Shown here: in pieces, positions 29,457-38,571 of the stretch
Layout of the letters: each line of letters opens with the position of its first letter
How positions within the stretch are numbered: position 1 is the first letter of the stretch
Assembly: GCA_044224875.1 (NCBI GenBank)
Contig: JBGAJQ010000050.1
Location: 1 to 40,002 of the forward strand
Source of the DNA: Gemmatimonadaceae bacterium
Lineage (GTDB): Bacteria; Gemmatimonadota; Gemmatimonadetes; Gemmatimonadales; Gemmatimonadaceae
Length of the DNA stretch: 40,002 bases
Reading direction: 5' to 3'
The notes under the pieces: generated by a model
Told to the model about the DNA's origin: nothing
Seen by the model: only the letters and a program-made list of their open reading frames with translations
Database searches by the model: none
Translations under genes and position numbers: made by a program

Positions 29457-30125
29457 ATGAAGGTTCTGGTCATTGAGGATGACCCGACGGTCGGCAATTT
29501 CGTGAAGCGCGGCCTCGAGGAGCAGCGTTGGCGCGTGCAACTCACCGCCGACGGTGAGGAAGGCGAGCGTCTCGCCGGATCGGAGACTTACGACGTAGTC
29601 ATTCTCGACATGCGTCTACCGGGTAAGTCCGGTCTGGAGGTCCTCGAGTCGCTCCGCGCAAAGGGATTCGAGAAGCCGGTGTTGGTGCTGACGGCACAGG
29701 ACGCGGTCGACGCCAAAGTGAAGACGCTGCGCGCCGGCGCCGACGACTATGTCACCAAGCCGTTCGCGTTCGAGGAATTGCTCGCTCGCGTGGAGGCATT
29801 GGCCCGCCGGCCACGCGCCATGGCTTCGCCGGTCGTGCGTGTCGCCGACCTCGAACTCAATCGCGATACTCGAGAAGTCACGCGCACGGGAGAGGTGATC
29901 GACCTCACGCCCAAGGAGTATGCCGTCCTCGAGTACCTCATGCGACATGTCGGCCGCGTCATGAGCCGGACCCTGATCACCGAGTACGCGTGGGGATACC
30001 ACTTCGATCCCGGCACCAACATCGTGGATGTCGTGATCAACCACCTGCGCAAGAAGATCGACGCTAAGCACGACAGAAAGTTGATCACCACGGTCAGAGG
30101 CGTCGGCTACGTCGTGAAAGGGTAG
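29457..30125 (+). CDS. OmpR-family response regulator (CusR/CzcR-like)
   Basis: 'DMRLPGKSG', 'GADDYVTKPF', 'LTPKEYAVLEYL', 'TNIVDVVINHLRKKID', 'TVRGVGY'. Confidence 0.95.
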   Translation: MKVLVIEDDPTVGNFVKRGLEEQRWRVQLTADGEEGERLAGSETYDVVILDMRLPGKSGLEVLESLRAKGFEKPVLVLTAQDAVDAKVKTLRAGADDYVTKPFAFEELLARVEALARRPRAMASPVVRVADLELNRDTREVTRTGEVIDLTPKEYAVLEYLMRHVGRVMSRTLITEYAWGYHFDPGTNIVDVVINHLRKKIDAKHDRKLITTVRGVGYVVKG

Positions 30126-30213
30126 TGCCCGGGCGCCCCGCCTGTGGCGCGCACGGAATCTCCGGGGCATCATTCGGGTGGCGACGTGGGCTGCAGGCAC
30201 GCGCTGACCCCTC

Positions 30214-31701
30214 ATGGCCTCGATCCGCTCTCGACTCACCTGGTCTTACACGCTGGCGCTCATGGCCACGGTGCTGCTCTTTTCCGCGGCGATCCTGGTC
30301 GTGCAACGAGCGTCCGTGATGCGCGAGCTCACGATGAGCGCGGAGACGTTCGCAAACCTCGGCGTGCAGATCCTGCGTGAGGCCAGTACCGCCGGCGAGA
30401 ACGTCGTAGTGACTTCCGACTCGCTGGTTGGCCCGGTGCTCAATCCGCGCTGGCGCGGCCGGCTGGACGTGCTCCCCGCCTACGTGATCGTGCTGGACCG
30501 CAATGGTCGGCGCGTATATCAGTCGCAGCTGGTTCGGCAGCTCCCAGTGGGCGAATTGGCGCTCTTGGACGACGCGTTGGCTAGCCTCGAGCGCTCATCC
30601 TCGACCGTTCTCAACACCAGCAGCGACGAAATCGTGTTTGTGCGGCGCGCGGACCCAGACCCACGCTACTCGGCCTTTCGGGTGGTAGTCGGACTCGGGC
30701 GCTCCGAGAGCGACACGGCCACTTGGGAGTTGATCGGCACCGTGGCCTTGATGCTTCCATTGCTGATCGCGTTCTCTGTCATCGCCGCATACGTGATCGC
30801 CGGAGGGGCCGTGCGCCCGATCGACAAGATCCGGTCGGAGGTTGAGGCGATCACGGACGGACGCAGTTTGCACCGTCGGTTGGCCATTGAGCCTGGCGGC
30901 GACGAGCTGGCGCGCCTCACGCATACGCTCAACGACATGATCGGACGCCTCGAGACGTCATTCGGGGCCCTCCGTCGCTTTACCGCCGATGCGTCGCACG
31001 AATTGAAAACCCCATTGACGGTGCTCCGCGCCGACGTGGAACGGGCGATGCACGCACCCAGCCACAGCAACGAACAGTTGGTGGCGCTCGAGGAAGCGCT
31101 GCAAGAGACCACCCGCATGGCGGACCTGGTTGAGAGCCTCCTCACGCTCGCACGCGCGGACGAGGGACGCTTCGACCTTCACCGCGAGGTCGTGGCCCTT
31201 GAGCCGCTGGCTCGTGAGGTCATGGAGACGGCGGTTATCCTTGGCGAGGACGCCGGCCTGGACGTGTCGATGCCCGTCGTTCAGGACGTTGTCGTCCTAG
31301 GGGATCGTACGCGACTGCGCCAGCTGTTCCTGAACCTCATCACCAACGCGATCAAGTACACGCCCAAAGGCGGGGAAGTGGAGCTTTCTCTCTCTCGCGA
31401 TGGCGATCAGGCGGTGTTCAGCGTGCGCGACACGGGGATCGGAATCGCGGCGGCGGACCTTCCGTTCATCTTCGAGCGCTTTTGGCGTGCCGACCGTGTC
31501 CGATCACGGGCGGCGGAGCGGGGCGGGTTTGGGTTGGGCTTGGCGATCTCGCAGTGGATTGCGCAGGCTCATGGCGGAACGCTCACGCTCCAGTCACGAC
31601 TCAACCGCGGATCCACGTTCACAGTGACGTTGCCGTGCGCGTCGGATGACGCAACGTCGGAGAGTGTTGAGGCTGAAGCGTTATCGCGCGTTGCTGAGTA
31701 A
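30214..31701 (+). CDS. HAMP-domain membrane sensor histidine kinase
   Basis: Two TM helices; HAMP '[13 protein letters not shown]'; '[13 protein letters not shown]'; '[10 protein letters not shown]', 'GFGLGLAI'. Confidence 0.94.
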   Translation: MASIRSRLTWSYTLALMATVLLFSAAILVVQRASVMRELTMSAETFANLGVQILREASTAGENVVVTSDSLVGPVLNPRWRGRLDVLPAYVIVLDRNGRRVYQSQLVRQLPVGELALLDDALASLERSSSTVLNTSSDEIVFVRRADPDPRYSAFRVVVGLGRSESDTATWELIGTVALMLPLLIAFSVIAAYVIAGGAVRPIDKIRSEVEAITDGRSLHRRLAIEPGGDELARLTHTLNDMIGRLETSFGALRRFTADASHELKTPLTVLRADVERAMHAPSHSNEQLVALEEALQETTRMADLVESLLTLARADEGRFDLHREVVALEPLAREVMETAVILGEDAGLDVSMPVVQDVVVLGDRTRLRQLFLNLITNAIKYTPKGGEVELSLSRDGDQAVFSVRDTGIGIAAADLPFIFERFWRADRVRSRAAERGGFGLGLAISQWIAQAHGGTLTLQSRLNRGSTFTVTLPCASDDATSESVEAEALSRVAE

Positions 31702-32011
31702 GGCGCGATGCGAGAATTCATGCAGTTCCGCGGCTATTCCATGCAAATTCACGCCGAGAACAGCGACTTTCCGTGTGCCAAGAATGGGCTTCGCTTTGTC
31801 AGCTATAATCTAATGGGGCAATAGTTTAAATGGTCGCATATCACGTGAGATGTAAGGTATAAACGGTTGGCGCGATGACTGCGACTCAAGGAAACCGTAA
31901 CAAGTTCTTCATTGATTCTTAATGTTACCTCCATTCCGGCTTAAGCCAGGAGCTGTAGTATCGTCGCAGGTTCGCTAGGGAAGCTGAGTCTCAACCACGC
32001 GGTCGAGGGTC

Positions 32012-32718
32012 ATGTTTAACAACCTGCTCGAATCAAAGAAGAAGAAGCAGAAGACGTTAGGCGGTACACTCTTCAGCTTCGTTGCGCACGGTACGCTCAT
32101 TCCGCTGGCCGTGATCGCAACCGCTACAGGCTGCCGCAGAGTCGCGCAAGCCAAAGGAAAGAAAAGTTGACTTCGTCGAAGTCAAGAAAGAGGAAGTGAA
32201 GCCGAAGGAGCCGGAACCACCACCGGTTCAACAAGCGCAGCGCCGCCGCCGCCAAAAAGGCTTCCAAACGCTTACCGCACCGATCGAGATTCCCGACGTG
32301 CTGCCGGACATCGACCTCACCCGCAGTGACGGACGAAGCCGACTTCACTGGGAAAGGCGCCCAGGGCGGTATCGCAAAGGGCGTCGAGAAGAAGGTCGAG
32401 GTGGTCAAGGAAGATCAGGCGTATTTCGAGTTCCAGGTCGAAAAGCCGGTCGTTCCCGCACCGGGTTCATCCCAGCCGCGTTATCCGGACATTCTCCGGC
32501 AGGCCGGCGTTGAAGGCGAGGTTCTCGCGCAGTTCGTGGTCGACACCACGGGGCGCGCCGAATCAGGTTCCTTCAAGGTGCTCCGCTCCTCACACGACCT
32601 CTTTGCACAGTCCGTGAAGTCCGCCCTCCCAGGTATGCGCTTCATTCCCGCCGAAGTCGGTGGAAAGCGGGTGAAGCAGCTCGTTCAGCAGCCGTTCACG
32701 TTCGCCATCACCAAGTAG
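32012..32718 (+). CDS. tonB: Energy transducer TonB, interrupted by several indels
   Basis: ATG 32012 'MFNNLLESKKKKQKTLGGTLFSFVAH' (TM with S-x3-H), Pro/Glu/Lys-rich linker (32196 frame), and TonB-C 'PRYPDILRQAGVEGEVLAQFVVDTTG' (32326 frame). Confidence 0.85.
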
Positions 32719-32754
32719 CAGCGTCTCACCTCTTCACCGCGGAGCACGTGTCTT

Positions 32755-33492
32755 ATGAATCTCGATCTTGCCGAGATTTGGGAAAAAACCCCCAAGTTTG
32801 GAAAGTTCCTGTGGTTCGTCCTCGCGTTCATGTCGATCTGGTCGCTCTCGACCGCTATCGGCAAGTGGTGGAGCCTGCGTAAGGCTCAGGGCGAGACGAT
32901 CAAGTTCGCGCCCGAGTTCTCGCAGTTCCTGGAAGAGGATAACCTCACCGAAGCGATCAACCTCGCGGAGCGCTACAAGAAGTCGCACGTCGCTCGCGTG
33001 CTTGGTGGCGCACTCGCCGAAGTGAAGCCGCTGATCATGGACGGTTCGGTTACGGTTTCGGACATCAACACCGCTGAGCGTGCGGTCGAGCGCGAAATGC
33101 TGATGGAGATCGTTCAGCTGAAGCGCGGTCTGTCGATTCTCGCCACGGTCGGCGCGACGGCTCCGTTCGTCGGTCTGCTCGGCACGGTGTTCGGCATCAT
33201 CAATGCCTTCACGGGCATGGCCAAGTCCGGTGGCGCTGGTATCGCCGCCATCTCGGCCGGTATCGCCGAGGCGCTGATCGCCACGGGATTCGGTCTCATC
33301 GTCGCCATCCCGGCCGTGTGGTTCTATAACTACTTCACGACCAAGATCGACAACCTGACCGCCGAGATGACCTACACCTCGAAGGAGATGATCGACTATC
33401 TCATCAAGGGTGTCTCCGGTGAGTTTGGTCGCTCGCGCTTCACCCGCGAGTTCAATACGCAGGTGCAGGGCGGCAACCCGGTCTCCCAGTAG
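32755..33492 (+). CDS. exbB: MotA/TolQ/ExbB proton-channel protein
   Basis: 'LATVGATAPFVGLLGTVFGII', 'GIAEALIATGFGLIVAIPAV'. Confidence 0.92.
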   Translation: MNLDLAEIWEKTPKFGKFLWFVLAFMSIWSLSTAIGKWWSLRKAQGETIKFAPEFSQFLEEDNLTEAINLAERYKKSHVARVLGGALAEVKPLIMDGSVTVSDINTAERAVEREMLMEIVQLKRGLSILATVGATAPFVGLLGTVFGIINAFTGMAKSGGAGIAAISAGIAEALIATGFGLIVAIPAVWFYNYFTTKIDNLTAEMTYTSKEMIDYLIKGVSGEFGRSRFTREFNTQVQGGNPVSQ

Positions 33493-33525
33493 TCGGCAGC
33501 CCAACCCCGATAGGAGGGCTTTCCG

Positions 33526-33987
33526 ATGGGAATGGCAGTTGGCACGGGCGGCGTTAAGGCCGAGCCTAACGTCGTACCAATGATCGACGTCATGCTGGTG
33601 TTGCTCATCATCTTCATGGTGGTGACGCCAGCTTTGGCGGCGGGCTTCACGGCGACGCCCCCGCAGGGCATCAACTTGAAGACTCACCCCGAAGAAGATT
33701 CCGACCAGATTCTCGGAATCGACGTCAATGGCAAGTACTACATGAACAAGGTCGAGGTCGGGAAGGACACGCTCGACCGCGTCATCAAGGCGATCTACGA
33801 CGCACGCACGATCGACAAGATCTTGTACGTCAAGGCGGACAAGGATCTCCCGTATTCAGCGGTTCTTGATGCGATGGATATCGCGTCAAAGAACGGTGTC
33901 CGCGTCGTCGGTGCGATCTCGGAGCAGCAACCAGGTACCAAGTCCACTGTCCCTGGCGACGCTCCCGATATGACCAAGAAGAAGTAA
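33526..33987 (+). CDS. exbD: ExbD/TolR family protein
   Basis: 'PNVVPMIDVMLVLLIIFMV' with conserved TM Asp; 'KADKDLPY'; GGAGG RBS. Confidence 0.92.
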   Translation: MGMAVGTGGVKAEPNVVPMIDVMLVLLIIFMVVTPALAAGFTATPPQGINLKTHPEEDSDQILGIDVNGKYYMNKVEVGKDTLDRVIKAIYDARTIDKILYVKADKDLPYSAVLDAMDIASKNGVRVVGAISEQQPGTKSTVPGDAPDMTKKK

Positions 33988-34005
33988 CGAGCCAGAGGAG
34001 ACCGC

Positions 34006-34437
34006 ATGGCTGGAATGTCAGCTGGGGCTGAAGGCCTCAGAAACGAACCAAACGTCGTTCCGATGATCGACGTGCTCCTCGTGCTGCTGATCATCTTCAT
34101 GATGATCATTCCATTGTCGCGCGTGGCGATCGACCTGCAGCTTCCTGACCCGAAGCCGTCGGACGAACCACCTCCGCCCAATGCGAACCAGATCGTGTTG
34201 GAAGTCCTTCCCGGCGGGCAGTTCGCTGTCAACAAGGAAGGGATTCCGAAGGAACGTCTGGGAGCTCGGCTCAAGGAGATCTACGATCCGCGTCCTGAGA
34301 AGATCATCTTCTTGAAGGGCGACCCGTCGGTGAAGTACCAGGATGTGATCTGGTCGATGGACGTCGCGCGCGGGGCCGGTGTGAAGGTGATCGGCGTACC
34401 ACCGAAGGATGCGGCGGCTCCAGCACCCACGAAGTAG
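34006..34437 (+). CDS. exbD: Second ExbD/TolR family protein
   Basis: 'PNVVPMIDVLLVLLIIFMM'; 'KGDPSVKYQDV'; AGGAG RBS. Confidence 0.92.
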   Translation: MAGMSAGAEGLRNEPNVVPMIDVLLVLLIIFMMIIPLSRVAIDLQLPDPKPSDEPPPPNANQIVLEVLPGGQFAVNKEGIPKERLGARLKEIYDPRPEKIIFLKGDPSVKYQDVIWSMDVARGAGVKVIGVPPKDAAAPAPTK

Positions 34438-34466
34438 GGGTCGCAGCTACGACGAAGCGTTCTCAG

Positions 34467-34503
34467 ATACGGCGGGTGAACCCAAACGGCTCACCCGCCG
34501 TAT
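34467..34503 (+). terminator. Probable intrinsic terminator of the tonB-exb operon
   Basis: 13-bp perfect stem ATACGGCGGGTGA/TCACCCGCCGTAT, 11-nt loop, followed by TAGTTT. Confidence 0.7.
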
Positions 34504-34563
34504 TAGTTTCGTCAGCTAAGGGTGCGAATTCGTCGAGTCAATCAGCGCCGAAGATTCTGCCGT

Positions 34564-35442
34564 ATGCACTTTGAAGAAGGCTCTGCCGATTTCCGTGTGG
34601 TGCCCGCGAAAAAACGCGAGGAGCGCGAGCGCCGTCCGTATCGGCCGCCTATCGGAGTACCCGGTCATCCCGAGCCAAAGGCGCAAGCCACCGTCGCCTC
34701 GTTTCTGCTGCACGGGTTGTTAGTTCTTCTGGTGCTGGCCCCAACGCTCTTTGTGAGTTCTCAGCTCTTCGATGTGCAAAACAAGGGCGCAGGCGGTCTT
34801 GGTCCGGCTGGCGGAGGCGGCGGCGGAAATCGCGGCACGGGGGGGGACAACGGGACGTACGTCCACGAGGGGCTCCGGTATGTGCGGCTGACAAAGCAGG
34901 AGCCTGCCGAGAAAAAAGAAGACAAGATCAAGCCTCCCGAGGAGAAGAAGAAGGAGCCCGAGCCGCCCAAGCCGCCACCCCCTCCTGAGCCTCAGAAGCA
35001 GGCGGCGTCTGCTGATTCGGCGGCGGCGAAGGAGGCGGGCCCCGTTGGTGGCGTCGGTGGCGGGACAGGGAAGGACGGAAGTGGTGGAAGTGGCCCCGGA
35101 AGCGGCGGTGGGATTGGCTCCGGTGTGGGAACCGGGAGAGGCTCAGGCAACGGTCCGGGCACCGGTGGAGGGACGGAGACTGTGTTCCCTCCGACCGTGA
35201 TTTCGATGCAACTCCTTCCCTTGCCGGTCCCGTCCAAAGTGCGGCCCTCCACGATGGTCGCGTACTTCGAGGTCGACACGACCGGGGAGGCGCGGCTTCT
35301 TTCGTTTAACCCATCAAAGGATGGGGGCTACAACAAGCGGATTCGAGAGATGCTGATGGAGATGCGCTTTCGGCCCGCAGTGCGAGGCAATGGCGTGCCG
35401 GTCAAGGACACCGCAGTCGTGACCGCAGAGGCTCGCGAATAG
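34564..35442 (+). CDS. TonB-like protein with Pro-rich and Gly-rich linkers
   Basis: TM 'VASFLLHGLLV' (S-x3-H), PPEEKKKEPEPPKPPPPPEP, GSGGG repeats, degenerate TonB-C 'FEVDTTG...MRFRPAVRGNGVPV'. Start uncertain (34522/34564). Confidence 0.75.
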   Translation: MHFEEGSADFRVVPAKKREERERRPYRPPIGVPGHPEPKAQATVASFLLHGLLVLLVLAPTLFVSSQLFDVQNKGAGGLGPAGGGGGGNRGTGGDNGTYVHEGLRYVRLTKQEPAEKKEDKIKPPEEKKKEPEPPKPPPPPEPQKQAASADSAAAKEAGPVGGVGGGTGKDGSGGSGPGSGGGIGSGVGTGRGSGNGPGTGGGTETVFPPTVISMQLLPLPVPSKVRPSTMVAYFEVDTTGEARLLSFNPSKDGGYNKRIREMLMEMRFRPAVRGNGVPVKDTAVVTAEARE

Positions 35443-35945
35443 GGCTATCGTATTTTCCGCACTGGCTTTAGGACGGCGGCAAGGGTATCTTGACGCCGGT
35501 TTTTTGCGCCCAAGCTGCGCCCGAACGCCCCGTCGGGAGCTCCCCCAGCAACCCCGTCCTGCATGAATAGCGTGGCCGTCCAGACCGACGCTTCAGGGAG
35601 TCGTGCGGACTTCGTTCGTGTGCTCGCGCCCACGGACGCGACGATGCCTTGGGCGGCATCGACGATCAGGTGGGGGGGCGGCACGATAGCACCCGCCGTG
35701 GAAGTGCTCGCTGATTACGCCCCGACTCTGTGTGGATCTTATTGGGGCGGCAGCCGGACCGAACAATTTGCTTGGGGCATTGATTGGCGTTCCCAGGTTG
35801 TACCTGTGGCGCTCCTCGAGTGGGGTGCGCCCGTTGCCCGCCGGACCTATGCGGCGACGCTCAGCAGCGGAGAGGGGATCAAGCCCACTCGCCGCGATTG
35901 CGACGGACATCCGTCACTAGTTAGTCACTAAGGAGATCGCGAACG

Positions 35946-38465
35946 ATGAATCGGTTGGACTCCGGAATTCGACGTGGCCTGTACGCCGTGCTCGCCCTCG
36001 TGGCGATTGGGCTTGGGGGCCTTTGGCACGTACCCGCCGCGTCGGCGGCGCAGGGGGTGGCCCCGGCCCTGAACGCCAGCGCGGTGGTCGCGCAGGAACC
36101 CGCGGCGGAACCACGCGGTGGTGGCGAGGCCAACCTTCGCGTGCCGGATCTCTCGACCCAGACGTTCCTCAGCGGCACCCCTGGCTCCACACTCCTCATG
36201 AGCGGGATTGTGGTGTGTGTGCTCGGCCTGTTGTTCGGCCTTGTCATTTTCCGCCAGCTGCAAGCCCTGCCGGTGCACCGGTCAATTCGCGAGGTCTCGG
36301 AGCTGATCTACGAGACCTGCAAGACCTACCTCGTCACGCAGGGACGGTTCATCCTGATTCTCGAGATCTTCATCGGTGCCGTCATCCTGTTGTATTTCAA
36401 GTTCCTGCTGGCATTCCCGTGGGACCGCGTCCTGATCATCCTCTTCTTCTCGTTGGTGGGCATTGCCGGCAGCTACGGTGTGGCGTGGTTCGGCATTCGC
36501 GTGAACACACCTTCGCTAACTCCCGCACGGCGTTCGCGGCACTCAGGGGAAGCCTATCCCTGCTATCAGATTCCCGTTGAAGGCGGGCATGAGCATCGGC
36601 ATGATGCTGATCTCGGTCGAGTTGTTGCCTTTTGATGCTGTTGATCCTGCTCTTCATCCCGGGTGACTACGCCGGTTTCCTGCTTCATCGGGTTCGCCAT
36701 CGGCGAGTCGCTTGGCGCGGCGGCGCTCCGCATCGCCGGCGGCAACTTTACGAAGATCGCCGACATCGGCGCGGACCTCATGAAGATCGTCTTCAAGATC
36801 AAGGAAGACGATGCACGGAATCCGGGCGTGATTGCCGACTGCACCGGTGACAACGCGGGCGACTCTGTTGGGCCATCGGCCGACGGCTTCGAGACCTACG
36901 GGGTGACCGGCGTCGCCCTGATCTCGTTCATCCTGCTGGCAGTGAAGGACCCCGCGGTTCAGATCCAGCTGCTCGTGTGGATCTTCATGATGCGCGTGTT
37001 CATGGTGATTGCGTCCGGATTGTCGTACTTCATCAATGAGGCGTGGGCCAAGGCGCAGTACGCGGGCGCCGCCAAGATGAACTATGAGCATCCACTGACG
37101 CGCTTGGTGTGGCTGACCTCGATCATCTCGATCGCCATCACCTACGGAGCATCCAAGCTCTTGATTCCGTCTATTGGCGGAGACCCCACCCTGTGGTGGA
37201 AGCTGGCGTCGATCATCACGTGCGGAACATTGGCCGGCGCCGTCATTCCGGAATTCGTGAAGGTCTTCACCTCGGTCGATTCGCGGCACACGCGCGAAGT
37301 CGTCACGTCATCACGCGAGGGCGGCCCATCGCTCAACATCCTCTCCGGATTGGTGGCAGGCAATTTCTCGGCGTACTGGCTGGGTATGGCGATCATGTTC
37401 CTGATGGCGATCGCCTATCAGGTCTCTGAATTGGGCCTCGGACAGCTGATGATTGCACCCGCGGTGTTCTCGTTTGGTCTCGTGGCGTTTGGGTTCCTCG
37501 GCATGGGCCCGGTGACGATCGCGGTGGACTCCTACGGTCCCGTGACAGACAACGCACAGTCCGTGTATGAGCTGTCGACGATCGAGGCGATCTCCGGCGT
37601 GAAGGACGAGATCAAGCGTGATTTCGGGTTTGACCCGCACTTCGAGGAAGCGAAGGAGCACCTGGAGGAGAACGACGGCGCCGGGAACACCTTCAAGGCG
37701 ACCGCCAAGCCGGTGCTGATCGGGACGGCGGTGGTCGGCGCCACGACAATGATCTTCTCGATCATTGTCTCGCTGACCAAGGGGTTGCAGCCGGAATACC
37801 TGTCGAACTTGTCGCTCATGCATCCGCCGTTCCTACTCGGCTTGATCACGGGCGGCGCGATCATCTACTGGTTTACCGGGGCGTCCACGCAGGCCGTGAC
37901 GACCGGCGCCTATCGCGCCGTCGAGTTCATCAAGAAGAACATCAAGCTCGAGGGCGTGGAGAAGGCCAGCGTCACCGACTCCAAGAAAGTCGTCGAGATT
38001 TGCACCGTGTACGCACAGAAGGGGATGTTCAACATCTTCCTGACCGTCTTCTTCTCAACGCTCGCGTTCGCGTTTGTGGAGCCGTACTTCTTCATCGGCT
38101 ACCTGGTCTCGATCGCGCTGTTCGGGCTGTATCAGGCGATCTTCATGGCGAATGCCGGTGGCGCTTGGGACAACGCCAAGAAGATCGTGGAAACCGAGTT
38201 GAAGGCGAAAGGAACGCCTCTTCACGATGCGACGGTCGTCGGTGACACGGTTGGGGATCCATTCAAGGATACCTCGTCGGTGGCGCTCAACCCGATCATC
38301 AAGTTCACGACGTTGTTCGGGTTGTTGGCGGTGGAGCTGGCGGTGTCGCTGACAGAGCAGCGTGGGCCGGGCCTGAGCCACGCGCTCGCGGCCATCTTCC
38401 TTGTCATCGGCATGGTATTCGTGTACCGGTCGTTCTACGGTATGCGCATTGAGTCGCAGGCCTGA
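35946..38465 (+). CDS. hppA: Membrane-bound H+-translocating pyrophosphatase (K+-independent type), with a cluster of indels at ~36505-36680
   Basis: 'FTKIADIGADL', 'EDDARNPGVIADCTGDNAGD', 'DSYGPVTDNA', 'GNTFKATAK', 'GGAWDNAKK', 'GDTVGDPFKDTS'. ORFs 35946-36635 and 36663-38465 are one gene; AAGGAG RBS. Confidence 0.92.
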
Positions 38466-38571
38466 GGGCGTCATGAAGTGAACATGTCGGAATCGGGGAT
38501 CGAGGCAGGGTTGATCGATCCCCGACTGTTTTCCCGGTATACGTTCGCGGTATCCCCTCACCGGAACTCGA

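Noticed and set aside
34790..35180. Gly/Pro-rich low-complexity repeats
   Set aside because: Explained by the TonB-like linker coding sequence; not a DNA repeat array or CRISPR.
35563..35931. 122-aa ORF upstream of hppA
   Set aside because: No recognisable motif or clear RBS; not supportable as a CDS.
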